A stretch of DNA of 64,000 bases from Acidobacteriota bacterium (lineage in GTDB: Bacteria > Acidobacteriota > UBA890 > WLXD01), in contig CBDFKD010000002.1 in the NCBI GenBank assembly GCA_965248695.1, forward strand, positions 960,001 to 1,024,000, read 5' to 3'. Below are positions 9,690 through 19,070 of the stretch, in pieces. The translations under genes and the position numbers were made by a program. Each line of letters opens with the position of its first letter. Position 1 is the stretch's first letter. The notes beneath the pieces were generated by a model. The model had not been told where the DNA came from, did no database searches, and saw only the letters and a program-made list of their open reading frames with translations.

Positions 9690-11285
9690 CTAGCTTGTCC
9701 CCGATCGTGGGTGCGTGACGCCGGAGCCGTCGCGTTTGGCGGCGCGACCGCCCTTCTTGCGCCTACGCCCTAGCCTCCGACCAAGGGCCATCATGGACGC
9801 GAACGGATAGGCGGCCGCCCGCACCGGATACAGCCGAAAGCTGAATGGCTGGGGCTTCGGACGTCTGGTGCGACCGAACGCTTCGAGGTCGTCGACGAAC
9901 ACCGTGGTGGCCGAGACATCCAGGCCCAACGGACGAACGAATTCTCGGACGAAGTCCTGGCCCCCGGGCGCCCCTGCCGCCGCGGCCGCGCTCCCGCCGC
10001 CCGTGTCACTGGTCTGGATGCCCGCGGCCATGAGCTGTGCGAGATGCTCGGAGAAGTCCTTGGCTACGCTCAGCAAGCCATCGCCGACACTTACCAGGTA
10101 GTGGAAGTGGAGCGTTCCCGCTTGAGTATCAGCGTTGTCCGGATCGAGGACTGTAAAGACCTGTCGGCCGACGACACCCGCCTCGATCATGCCGCTGGTG
10201 TTGACACCAACGATACCGACGCTGTGATACATCGAATCGAAGTAGTCGGTTCGCGCGCCATCGTCAACGGGATTCGCGCCGCGCGGCGGCCAGACGACCA
10301 CATTGCCGAGCTCGTCGCGATCCAGGCTCTCCCATCTCTGGGCGTTCTCCGGATGAGGGCGTACCAGAACGCCGATATCGCACAGGTCTGGTACACCGCA
10401 CGCACGGATCGCGGTTATCCATCTCTCGATGAAGTCGATCTCATTGGGAGCGATAAAGCGCGATGAGCCAAGGTACAACAGGTACCGCTTGTCAGGAGCG
10501 AGGCCGACCTCGGTCTTGAACTCAGCTGCCGACCTGCTGGGCCGCTGCTCGAACCAGCGGTCGTAAGAGTTGGCGCCGGTCACAACGACGTCGTCGGGAT
10601 CGGCCCCGTGGAGCCTCACGGCCTCGTCCTTCTGAACCGTGTTCCAAACATAGATCCGTTCGGGCATCACTCGAATCAGACCTTTGTTCGTCAAGTTGTC
10701 CCAGCTATGTACGCATAGAGCCGACGCGATGCCGTGGGCTCTGGCGACGTTGACGTAATCGACCTGGTCGGAACCCAGGTCGACCAATGGCGTCACCAGC
10801 ACGAGATCGGGGCTTTGCGAAACGACGTCCTCTTCAATCGAGGGATCGATCGGAACGGCGCGCTCGACGACCCCGAGCAGGCTGCTGACGAAACGATTGA
10901 CCGGCCGCCACCGAAGCAGCGGGAATCTGGTCAGCGGTCGAATCAGTCTCGGCAACCGGATCTCGGCGCGCTCGCGGAGCTTGCGGGCACCGTCGTACTC
11001 CGGAAGTCTGTAACGCAGAAAGTCGCCGAGGAACCGAACCGCCCGCGAGAAGTCGAACCAAGGCGAGCCGGAACGCTTGGGGATCCAGCCAAAGGTGAGC
11101 TTCGGGAACTCGCGACTGAGCCGCGCAACGATGCGGTCGTCCCCTTCGACCACCTGCCCGTCGCCGAGCTTGTCCGGAAGCAAGAACGACAGGTGCAGCT
11201 CATGCCCCTGCTCGCAAAGGGCTCGAATGACCGACTCGAAGTTGCGTATCGCCCCCGAGTGACGCATGGAGAAGAAGATCTTCAT
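9690..11285 (-). CDS. Putative glycosyl/glycerophosphate transferase (GT-B; TagF or CMP-sugar-transferase-like)
   Basis: SWDNLTNKG, VWNTVQK, VRPHP and NTSGMIEA motifs; start at MKIFFS. Confidence 0.55.
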   Translation of the reverse strand: MKIFFSMRHSGAIRNFESVIRALCEQGHELHLSFLLPDKLGDGQVVEGDDRIVARLSREFPKLTFGWIPKRSGSPWFDFSRAVRFLGDFLRYRLPEYDGARKLRERAEIRLPRLIRPLTRFPLLRWRPVNRFVSSLLGVVERAVPIDPSIEEDVVSQSPDLVLVTPLVDLGSDQVDYVNVARAHGIASALCVHSWDNLTNKGLIRVMPERIYVWNTVQKDEAVRLHGADPDDVVVTGANSYDRWFEQRPSRSAAEFKTEVGLAPDKRYLLYLGSSRFIAPNEIDFIERWITAIRACGVPDLCDIGVLVRPHPENAQRWESLDRDELGNVVVWPPRGANPVDDGARTDYFDSMYHSVGIVGVNTSGMIEAGVVGRQVFTVLDPDNADTQAGTLHFHYLVSVGDGLLSVAKDFSEHLAQLMAAGIQTSDTGGGSAAAAAGAPGGQDFVREFVRPLGLDVSATTVFVDDLEAFGRTRRPKPQPFSFRLYPVRAAAYPFASMMALGRRLGRRRKKGGRAAKRDGSGVTHPRSGTS

Positions 11286-11305
11286 GCGGGTGCCTTTGTA
11301 ACGAC

Positions 11306-12391
11306 TCAATTCGTGTCGAGATCGATCAGCGGCAAATCGTGCTCGCGAATGTGCTCGAACAGATCGTGGCCCCGCGAGCCGTATTTCATCAGCATTCGGT
11401 ATGCGCTACCGGGGTCGCAAGCCGGAATCTCGGAGCCCTGGTCATTACGCAGGAAGAAGGCATTCACGCCTCGGGGCTCCGTCGTGACCAGCCGGTAACC
11501 CTTCTGCTCAGCGAGTCGGTTGAGAGCCTGAAGGGAGGCACCAAAGTAGATGTGTCTGCCGTCGATGCCGCCCGCGAACCGGTGTCGATCAAACTCGGGA
11601 TCGTACGGAACGACCGCGGCGCGGTCTGGGCCGAACAGCGAGTTATATTCGATGATCACCAGCCGCGGTGAGCAGACCGTCAAGGCCTCCCAAATCCAGT
11701 AGTCGTTGCCGTCGATGTCGTTGCTCAGGAGGTCAATCTCGCCCGAGCAGCCGCCGTCGCGGACGAGGTCGTCGAGGTTCTCGCGGGTGACCCAGTCGCC
11801 AGCGTAGGTGATCCTCCGTGCTCCGAAACGCATCTTCAGCTGGGCTAGGCGAGCCTCGTTGGCCTCGAGCATCATGCCGCTCCACCCGCATTCGCTGGCC
11901 AGAAACCCGGAGTTTCCGCCGTTGGAGCCGGCGCCGATCTCGACGAAGCGGCGCGAGTTCTCGCCGATCTTGTCGAAGATCGCGTGAATGATGCCATCCT
12001 CCTCGTTTTGGGAGAGAAGGCCGAAGCGGCGGGCGGTGAGACGATGGGGGTAAGAAAGCTCATCCGGATCGAGAAACAGGGCGCGTTGAATCGCCCGCGT
12101 CATGATCGAGACACGTCGCATATCGCCCTTCAGCCCACCGGCACCGACCACGCCGACGAGCCGTTCGAGGCGCTTCATCAAACGATGGTTTTGCAGATGG
12201 GTCTCTTTCAGCAGTTCGCGATTGCTCTTCGCTTGTTCCTCGAGCTCCACGAGGCGGTCGAGGATCTCGTTGGCGCTTCGTTGGAGCTCGATGGCCTGCT
12301 TGTCCGGGAGAGCGGTGCCTGGCTCGTACTTTCCCCCGGAGCTTGTGCCGCCCCACCCGAGCAGCGATTTGACTGACCTGGTTACCGACAT
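11306..12391 (-). CDS. FkbM-like SAM methyltransferase with N-terminal coiled coil
   Basis: SQNEEDGII, FVEIGAG, DLLSNDIDGNDYWIW, IIEYN, GVNAFF; heptad-like N-terminal segment. Confidence 0.65.
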   Translation of the reverse strand: MSVTRSVKSLLGWGGTSSGGKYEPGTALPDKQAIELQRSANEILDRLVELEEQAKSNRELLKETHLQNHRLMKRLERLVGVVGAGGLKGDMRRVSIMTRAIQRALFLDPDELSYPHRLTARRFGLLSQNEEDGIIHAIFDKIGENSRRFVEIGAGSNGGNSGFLASECGWSGMMLEANEARLAQLKMRFGARRITYAGDWVTRENLDDLVRDGGCSGEIDLLSNDIDGNDYWIWEALTVCSPRLVIIEYNSLFGPDRAAVVPYDPEFDRHRFAGGIDGRHIYFGASLQALNRLAEQKGYRLVTTEPRGVNAFFLRNDQGSEIPACDPGSAYRMLMKYGSRGHDLFEHIREHDLPLIDLDTN

Positions 12392-12403
12392 AGAAGTTTA
12401 AAA

Positions 12404-12418
12404 TGGCACGCTTTGTGC
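12404..12418 (+). promoter_or_regulatory. Putative sigma-54 promoter (-24/-12)
   Basis: TGGCACGCTTTGTGC has exact GG-N10-GC spacing and a TGGCACG -24 box; faces the 12718-26113 operon. Confidence 0.5.
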
Positions 12419-12717
12419 GCCCTGGCTAGCTGCCAGCTTTGGTTTCAAAGGTCGGCGAACAGCGACGTCGAACATGACCTGGATCCGGGGTGTGGCGGTT
12501 ACATCTGAAAGTTGGACGCCCAGCTGGCGCCAACAGATCGGTTCGTTTGTCAGGCGGTCTGGACTGTTTGCGCCGGCGTCTCTTTCGGCTAGAATTTGCG
12601 GTGCGGAACGCCTCCCTCTTCGACTCTTCTTTCGCAGATCCGGCCTGGCAGCCCGACCTCGACACCGCCGCGGCCCGCAGACGTGCGCGGCTCAAGTGAG
12701 ATCCGAGAAGATCTGTA

Positions 12718-13821
12718 TTGATTCTCACTTTTGAGCAACTTCGAGAGTACCGCGGCAAAGTCGCGATGGTCGACGGCGGTTTCGACCCGCTGCACGCCGG
12801 CCATGTGGCTTACTTCAAGGCCGCTGCCGAGTTGGGGACACCGGTGGTCTGCAATCTCGCGTCCGACCGATACGTGGCGGGTAAGCACGCTCCGTTCTTG
12901 CCCGAAGCTCAGCGCCTGCAGATTGTCGATTCGATCGGCACCATCGACCATGTGCACCTGAACGAGCACGACACCGAGACCATCCTGCGTGAGCTTCAAC
13001 CGAAGTACTACGTCAAGGGCAAGGACTGGGAGGGCCGTCTGCCCCCGGAGCAGGTCGAGATCTGCGCCGATCTCGGAATCGAGGTGGTTTACCTCGACAC
13101 GGTGCTCGAGTCGTCGACGCGCATCCTTGATGAGCACTACCGCTGCCGCGATACGACCCGGCTTGTGGAGGAATTCGAGGAATTCGTCCAGCAGCAGCAA
13201 CCAAGCAGCGCAGACGCATACCACGCGGAGTACTTCACTGAGGGTTGGCGCGACGACGGGCATGCCTACACGCTGGAGTCACGGCGTCAGCGCGAGGCCG
13301 ACCATCCGCAGGTGATCAAGGCCGTCTTCGCACCCGAGCGCGCCCTCGACATCGGTTGCGGGCCCGGGTTCCTGATGCTGTTCTTGCAGGAGCTCGGCAT
13401 CGAAGTAGCGGGCGTCGATCACAGTGCCGACGTGCTGGAGCTGGCCCCGCCCGAGGTACGCGATCGGATCCGAATTGCCGACATCGCCGACGCCAGCATT
13501 GCGGGGGATTCATTCGACCTGGTGATCTGCCGCGAGGTCTTGGAGCACCTGACCCTGCTACAGATACGCGTGGCGGTATCAAACATCTGTCGAGTGTCCT
13601 CCAGGTATGCTTACGTAACTACCCGGTTCAATCGGGATCCTGAGCATCTGTTTTCGGTACAGACGAAGGACGATCTCGATCCCACCCACATTACGCGTAT
13701 GAACAAAGACCTGTTGCGTCTGATGTTCGTGCTCGAAGGCTTCCGCTGCCGGTCGGACCTGGAGGCCAAGATCGATTGGCTCGGCAAGGGCCGGGTGCTG
13801 GTCTACGAGAAGGTGCCCTAG
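12718..13821 (+). CDS. Fusion of HxGH cytidylyltransferase-like domain and class I SAM methyltransferase
   Basis: GGFDPLHAGH, YVKGKDW and SSTRIL in the N-half; LDIGCGPG and FDLVICREVLEH in the C-half. Confidence 0.8.
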   Translation: MILTFEQLREYRGKVAMVDGGFDPLHAGHVAYFKAAAELGTPVVCNLASDRYVAGKHAPFLPEAQRLQIVDSIGTIDHVHLNEHDTETILRELQPKYYVKGKDWEGRLPPEQVEICADLGIEVVYLDTVLESSTRILDEHYRCRDTTRLVEEFEEFVQQQQPSSADAYHAEYFTEGWRDDGHAYTLESRRQREADHPQVIKAVFAPERALDIGCGPGFLMLFLQELGIEVAGVDHSADVLELAPPEVRDRIRIADIADASIAGDSFDLVICREVLEHLTLLQIRVAVSNICRVSSRYAYVTTRFNRDPEHLFSVQTKDDLDPTHITRMNKDLLRLMFVLEGFRCRSDLEAKIDWLGKGRVLVYEKVP

Positions 13822-13841
13822 CAGGGCACGATCGAAATCCC

Positions 13842-14822
13842 ATGGATAGTGTCCTCAGCTTCCATATGAACGGTCTCACCTGTGGTGTGGCCAAGTTCAA
13901 CCATCGTCTGGCCTCCGAGCTCGGGGTGCCGATTCACCAAATCTTCAACGACGATGCCGGCGGCTGCGCCGAGCCGCTGCTATCGATCAAGATCTCCGAG
14001 TTCAGCCCGCTCGACATCGACCGTCTGGCGCGGCTGCTGGATTCGGTGCCCTGGCGGGGCAGCTACCACATCTTCCTGCACGCCTGGTCGGGGACCGAGA
14101 TCGAGATCCGCATGCTGCGCGAGGCGCGCGCGGTGTTCTGCGGCAACACCGAGCTCGCCGAACAACTGACCGGCTTGCGCCCCGACGTACAGGCGGTGTG
14201 GTGCCCGGGCACTCTCGATGATGCCCGCGAGTTCGACCACTCGGGTCTGACCGTCTTCACTATGGGGATGGCCCACAAGATCCGCGCCCGCCACTACCAC
14301 CGGCTCAAGAATCTGCTCGACGCTACCGGTTCGCCCTACAGTCTCTATCTGTCGACCGCGCTGCACGAGAACACCAGCTTCGACGAAGAGTTCTCGGTGG
14401 CCTTTGAAGAGTTGCAGACGATCTTTGGCGACAGCGTACGTTTTCTCGGCTACCTGTCGGACGGCGCGGTATACAACTACCTCAAACAGACTGACTACTT
14501 CGCCGCATTCTTCGATCGTGGCGTGCGAGCGAACAACACCAGCGTGAACCTGGCGATGCAGTGCAGCTCGGTGGTAATCACCAACCTCGACGAGCACTCG
14601 CCCGGGTCGCTAGTACCGATGCACAACGTCATTGATATCAAGACCTGCGAGACTCTCCCGACGGAACCGGAACTGCTGGCACGGATCGGCCGCAACGCCG
14701 ACCAGATCGTCCACGAGCGCTACAGTTGGAAGGCGCTCGAGCGCAGGCTGCGAGGAGGGCATGAACCGCTTCCGGGAACCGCCATGTCGGCCGGCGCCCA
14801 GGGCGACGAGTTCAACGAGTAG
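13842..14822 (+). CDS. Hypothetical protein, GT4-like glycosyltransferase
   Basis: TCGVAKF, VRFLGYLSD and terminal RYSW.AL, as in GT-B enzymes. Confidence 0.5.
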   Translation: MDSVLSFHMNGLTCGVAKFNHRLASELGVPIHQIFNDDAGGCAEPLLSIKISEFSPLDIDRLARLLDSVPWRGSYHIFLHAWSGTEIEIRMLREARAVFCGNTELAEQLTGLRPDVQAVWCPGTLDDAREFDHSGLTVFTMGMAHKIRARHYHRLKNLLDATGSPYSLYLSTALHENTSFDEEFSVAFEELQTIFGDSVRFLGYLSDGAVYNYLKQTDYFAAFFDRGVRANNTSVNLAMQCSSVVITNLDEHSPGSLVPMHNVIDIKTCETLPTEPELLARIGRNADQIVHERYSWKALERRLRGGHEPLPGTAMSAGAQGDEFNE

Positions 14823-14864
14823 CAGGCATACTGCCGAGGGTCAGACCGAGAGGCGAGGAATACG

Positions 14865-15992
14865 ATGCCAGGCGAACTGACGATCGACGGTACGGTGGTC
14901 AACCAGGACAGCGACTGCTATGTCATCGCCGAGATCGGCCACAATCATCAGGGCGACCTCGAGACGTGCAAGAAGATGTTCCTGGAAGCGCTCAACTGCG
15001 GCTGCGACGCGGTCAAGCTGCAAAAGCGCGACAACGGGGCTCTGTTTACCGACGACGGCTACAACCGCCTGTACGACAACCGCAACAGCTACGGCACGAC
15101 TTACGGCGAGCATCGCGAGTTTCTGGAGTTCGAGCGTGACGAGTATCTCGAGCTGCAGAAGTACGCCGCCGAGATCGGCGTCACGTTCTTCGCCACCGCC
15201 TTCGACTTCCCCAGCGCTGACTTCCTGGCCGATCTCGATATGCCGGCGTACAAGCTCGCCTCGGGTGACATCAAGAGCACACCGTTGCTGGCCTACATTG
15301 CCCAGTTCGGCAAGCCGATGATCATCTCGACGGGCGCCGCCCTGATGGAGGACGTACAGCGAGCCTACGACACGATCATGCCGATCAACCCGCAGCTGTG
15401 TGTCATGCAGTGCACCGCCGGGTACCCGGCCGAGTTCGAGGAGCTCGACCTGGGCGTGGTAGCGACATACGCCGAGCAGCTTCCCGACATCGTGGTCGGG
15501 TACTCGGGCCACGACAACGGCATCGCGATGCCTCTGGCGGCCTACATCCTGGGCGCCCGCGTGATCGAGAAGCACTTCACGCTCAATCACACTTGGAAAG
15601 GCACCGATCACGCCTTCTCGCTGGAGCCCATCGGCATGCGCAAGATGGTGCGCGACCTGAAGCGCGCCCGCGTAGCGATGGGTGATGGGCAGAAGAAGTT
15701 CTACGAGAGCGAGGCCGGGGCCGGCATCAAGATGGGCAAGAAGATCGTGGCGGCGCGGGATCTTCCGGAGGGCACCATGATCGGCGCCGACGACCTGATA
15801 CTCAAGTCGCCCGGCGACGGACTGCCGCCCTACGAGATCGACAAAGTGATCGGCTCGAGCCTGAAGGTGCCGGTGGCTCGTGACGGCGATCTCCACATGG
15901 ATATGCTGCACGATCCCGACGAGTCGACAGACGGCCCGACCGCGGCAGACACCGAAGCTGCGGGAGATCACGAGGATGTTCGACCTCACTGA
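14865..15992 (+). CDS. neuB: NeuB-family PEP-dependent ulosonate synthase with C-terminal SAF/antifreeze domain
   Basis: IAEIGHNHQGD, AVKLQKRD, IISTG, GYSGH, IEKHFTL, KGTDH, K.PGDGLPP. Confidence 0.92.
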   Translation: MPGELTIDGTVVNQDSDCYVIAEIGHNHQGDLETCKKMFLEALNCGCDAVKLQKRDNGALFTDDGYNRLYDNRNSYGTTYGEHREFLEFERDEYLELQKYAAEIGVTFFATAFDFPSADFLADLDMPAYKLASGDIKSTPLLAYIAQFGKPMIISTGAALMEDVQRAYDTIMPINPQLCVMQCTAGYPAEFEELDLGVVATYAEQLPDIVVGYSGHDNGIAMPLAAYILGARVIEKHFTLNHTWKGTDHAFSLEPIGMRKMVRDLKRARVAMGDGQKKFYESEAGAGIKMGKKIVAARDLPEGTMIGADDLILKSPGDGLPPYEIDKVIGSSLKVPVARDGDLHMDMLHDPDESTDGPTAADTEAAGDHEDVRPH

Positions 15993-16776
15993 CCGCGTCG
16001 CGGTCGTTACCGGGGCTGCAGGCAAGCTGGGCCCGATCTGGGCCGAGGCGTTGCTGCAGGCCGGCGCCAGTGTCGCCGGGGTCGATCTACCGGACCTGGC
16101 TCAGTCAGACGGGCTCCAAGCCCTGTCGGACACCTACGGCGCGGAACGTCTGCGTTCGTACGGAGGCGACGTACTCGATCGCGACTCGCTGACGGACGCG
16201 CGCGCAGCCATCGAGAGGGATCTCGGACCGGTGTCCATCCTGGTCAACAACGCCGGCATCGACCAGCCTCCCGGCCAGGTGGAAGGTCACCATCTGCACG
16301 AGATCCCGGCCGACGCGGTGCGCAGGGTGCTCGACGTCAACGTGGTCGGGCTGTTCCAGGTGGCGCAGGTGTTCGGCGAAGCGATGGTGGAGCGTGGAGG
16401 AGGCTCGATTATCAACATCGGCTCGCTGTACGCGAGCGTCTCGCCGGACGCGCGCTTCTACGATCACCTGGCGGTGGACCCGCCGTTTCTGAAGCCGCCG
16501 GGCTACGGGGCCTCCAAAGCGGCAGTCGTCAACCTGACTCGCTATCTGGCCACCCACTGGGGCCCGCGTGGTGTGCGGGTCAACGCGCTCTCGCCGGGCG
16601 GCGTGCTCGGTGGACAGGACGCAGAGTTCCAGCGCAAGTTCAACGCTCGGGTGCCACTCGGGCGTATGGCCGAGGCGACGGATCTGGGGGGCCCGCTGGT
16701 GTTCCTGGCCTCCGACGCATCCTCGTATGTCAACGGAATCGAGTTGTGCGTCGACGGCGGCTACACAGCCTGGTAG
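15976..16776 (+). CDS. Classical SDR oxidoreductase
   Basis: TGAAGKLG, NNAG, YGASK, VNALSPGG, VDGGYTAW; ATG 15976 overlaps the neuB end. Confidence 0.9.
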   Translation: MFDLTDRVAVVTGAAGKLGPIWAEALLQAGASVAGVDLPDLAQSDGLQALSDTYGAERLRSYGGDVLDRDSLTDARAAIERDLGPVSILVNNAGIDQPPGQVEGHHLHEIPADAVRRVLDVNVVGLFQVAQVFGEAMVERGGGSIINIGSLYASVSPDARFYDHLAVDPPFLKPPGYGASKAAVVNLTRYLATHWGPRGVRVNALSPGGVLGGQDAEFQRKFNARVPLGRMAEATDLGGPLVFLASDASSYVNGIELCVDGGYTAW

Positions 16777-16809
16777 ACGTCTCACTGGCATCAAACGGAG
16801 GCAACGCCG

Positions 16810-18276
16810 ATGGGCGTGATTCCCGATCTCGTTCCCAACTTCATCGACGGCGAAGAGGTCGCGGCAGCATCCGGTGACCGATTCGACAACGTCAACCCCC
16901 ACGACGGGTCGGTGCTCTGTGAGGTCGCATCCTCTCAGACTGAGGATGTGCGTCGGGCAGTGGCAGCCGCCAAAGCGGCACAGGAGGCATGGGCGGATCT
17001 GACGCCGGTGGCGCGCGGCGATATCCTGCGCGAGGCGGCGTTGGCGATCCGCGATCGACGCGACGAGATCGCCGAGATCGTTGCTCTGGAGACGGGCAAG
17101 ACCATCGGTGAGGCGCGCGGCGAGACCATGGGCGCCTTCGAGCTCGGGATGTTCATGGCGGGCGAGGGTCGACGCTACTTCGGCCGCACCTCCACCAGCG
17201 CCAATCCGCACCGCGAGGTGGTCATCCTGCGTCAGCCTTTGGGCGTCTGTGGTTTGATCATCGCCGCCAACACACCGATCGCGAACGTCGCCTGGAAGGC
17301 GTTTCCTGCCCTGATCTGTGGCAACGCCGCGGTGATGAAAGCGGCGGAAGACACGCCGGCGACCGGCTGGATCGTGGCGAAGATCTTCCACGAGGTCGGA
17401 GTACCCGCCGGTGTGTTCAACATGATCCATGGATTCGGGCCGCAGGCAGGCCAACCGCTCGTAGAGCACCCGGATGTCGACCTCGTGAGTTTCACCGGCT
17501 CCGCCGCTGTCGGCCGCATGATCCAGCGCGTCGCCGGCGAGCGGCTCGCCAAGGTGATCCTGGAGTTGGGGGGCAAGAATCCGCTGGTGATCTGCGACGA
17601 CGCCGACCTCGACAAAGCCGCTGACGCGGTGGTGTTGTCGGCCTTCAGCAATGCCGGGCAGCGCTGTGCCTCGGGGAGCCGCATCATCGTCTTCGATGCG
17701 ATCTACGACGAGCTCAAGCAGCGTGTCGTCGACCGCATCGAGAGCCTCGAGCTCGGCAACACGGACGGGGCCGACCTGGGCCCGGTGATCAACGAGCGCC
17801 AGCTCACCAACATGCTGGGTTCGATCGAGGATGCCCGCGCCAGCGGAGCGCGCATAGTTACCGGCGGGCATCGGTTGGACGACGCCGCTCACCAGGGTGG
17901 TTTCTATCTGGCACCGACGCTCATCGAGGCGGCGGATCCCGGCGATGCGATCTCGCGCGATGAGCTTTTTGGCCCGATAACGTGCCTCTACCGTGTCGAA
18001 GGCTTCGACGAGGCCCTGCGACTGGCCAACGATTCACCGTTCGGTCTGACGGCTGCGATTCATACCGCGAACCTGCACCGGGCAATGCGTTTTGCGGACA
18101 AGATGCGTACCGGCCTGGTGTCGATCAACGGGTTCACCTATGGCAGCGAGCCCCACATGCCGTTCGGCGGGCTCAAGCAATCGGGCAACGGCTTGCGGGA
18201 GCCGGGGCCGGAGGCGCTGGACGTGTACTCGGCGCAGAAGAACGTCTTGATCCAGACCGATCCCTCCGCCGTGTAG
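16810..18276 (+). CDS. NAD(P)-dependent aldehyde dehydrogenase
   Basis: FTGS, LELGGKNP, GQRCAS, ELFGP, PFGGLKQSG. Confidence 0.92.
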   Translation: MGVIPDLVPNFIDGEEVAAASGDRFDNVNPHDGSVLCEVASSQTEDVRRAVAAAKAAQEAWADLTPVARGDILREAALAIRDRRDEIAEIVALETGKTIGEARGETMGAFELGMFMAGEGRRYFGRTSTSANPHREVVILRQPLGVCGLIIAANTPIANVAWKAFPALICGNAAVMKAAEDTPATGWIVAKIFHEVGVPAGVFNMIHGFGPQAGQPLVEHPDVDLVSFTGSAAVGRMIQRVAGERLAKVILELGGKNPLVICDDADLDKAADAVVLSAFSNAGQRCASGSRIIVFDAIYDELKQRVVDRIESLELGNTDGADLGPVINERQLTNMLGSIEDARASGARIVTGGHRLDDAAHQGGFYLAPTLIEAADPGDAISRDELFGPITCLYRVEGFDEALRLANDSPFGLTAAIHTANLHRAMRFADKMRTGLVSINGFTYGSEPHMPFGGLKQSGNGLREPGPEALDVYSAQKNVLIQTDPSAV

Positions 18277-18285
18277 GGCCTGTCT

Positions 18286-19059
18286 ATGCCCTCTGACCCA
18301 GACGTGGTGGCCCTGATTCCGGCGCGCGCCGGATCGAAACGGGTCGTCAACAAGAACATCCGGCCGTTAGCTGGCCACCCTTTGATCGCTTATGCGATCG
18401 CCTCGGCGCTCGAATCTCGCCTCTTTGGCACCGTCATCGTGTCGACCGACTCGGAGGAAATCGCCTCCATCGCTCGCCACTATGGCGCCGAGGTGCCGGT
18501 CCCCCGGCCGGGCGAATTCGGTGCCGATCATTCGCCCGACATCGAGTGGCTCGAGCACCTACTGCAACAACTCGGCGCCCAGGGCCGAACATGGGACTGC
18601 TTCGCCCTCCTGCGGCCGACAAGTCCGTTCCGCACCGCGGCTACACTGCGGCGTGCCTGGGACGAGTTCGTCGACGAGAAAGACGAGGTGGATTCGTTGC
18701 GGGCGGTGGAGAAGACGAAACTACATCCGGGTAAGATGTGGCTCGTCGAGGGCAGGCGAATGGTGCCGGCAATGACCGAGATCGGTGGCCAGCGCAGCCG
18801 GCCGGAGCAACCTTGGCACAGCACGCCCTATCAGGCGCTTCCACCGGTGTACTCGCAGAACGCAAGCCTCGAGATCGGATGGTCGCGAGTCGTCCTGGAG
18901 TCGAGGACTATCGCGGGCACCATGATCATGCCCTTCTTCACCGACAGCGAAGAGGGCTTCGACATCAACGACGAGATCGATTGGAGCGTCGCTGAGGAGC
19001 TTGTCCGGCGCGGCGCCGCAACGCTGCCGTGCGTTCCCGACGCTCCTTGGAACGGCTGA
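18286..19059 (+). CDS. neuA: CMP-ulosonate (acylneuraminate) cytidylyltransferase
   Basis: IPARAGSKRVVNKN, VSTDS, LRPTSPFR, DINDEID. Confidence 0.9.
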   Translation: MPSDPDVVALIPARAGSKRVVNKNIRPLAGHPLIAYAIASALESRLFGTVIVSTDSEEIASIARHYGAEVPVPRPGEFGADHSPDIEWLEHLLQQLGAQGRTWDCFALLRPTSPFRTAATLRRAWDEFVDEKDEVDSLRAVEKTKLHPGKMWLVEGRRMVPAMTEIGGQRSRPEQPWHSTPYQALPPVYSQNASLEIGWSRVVLESRTIAGTMIMPFFTDSEEGFDINDEIDWSVAEELVRRGAATLPCVPDAPWNG

Positions 19060-19070
19060 GGGAGAAAAGC

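Noticed and set aside
16105-17892. 595-aa antisense ORF, and similar long antisense or alternate-frame ORFs at 14841-16025, 23419-24720, 45568-46950 and 53898-55337
   Set aside because: Shadow ORFs of well-supported genes in GC-rich DNA; no recognisable motifs
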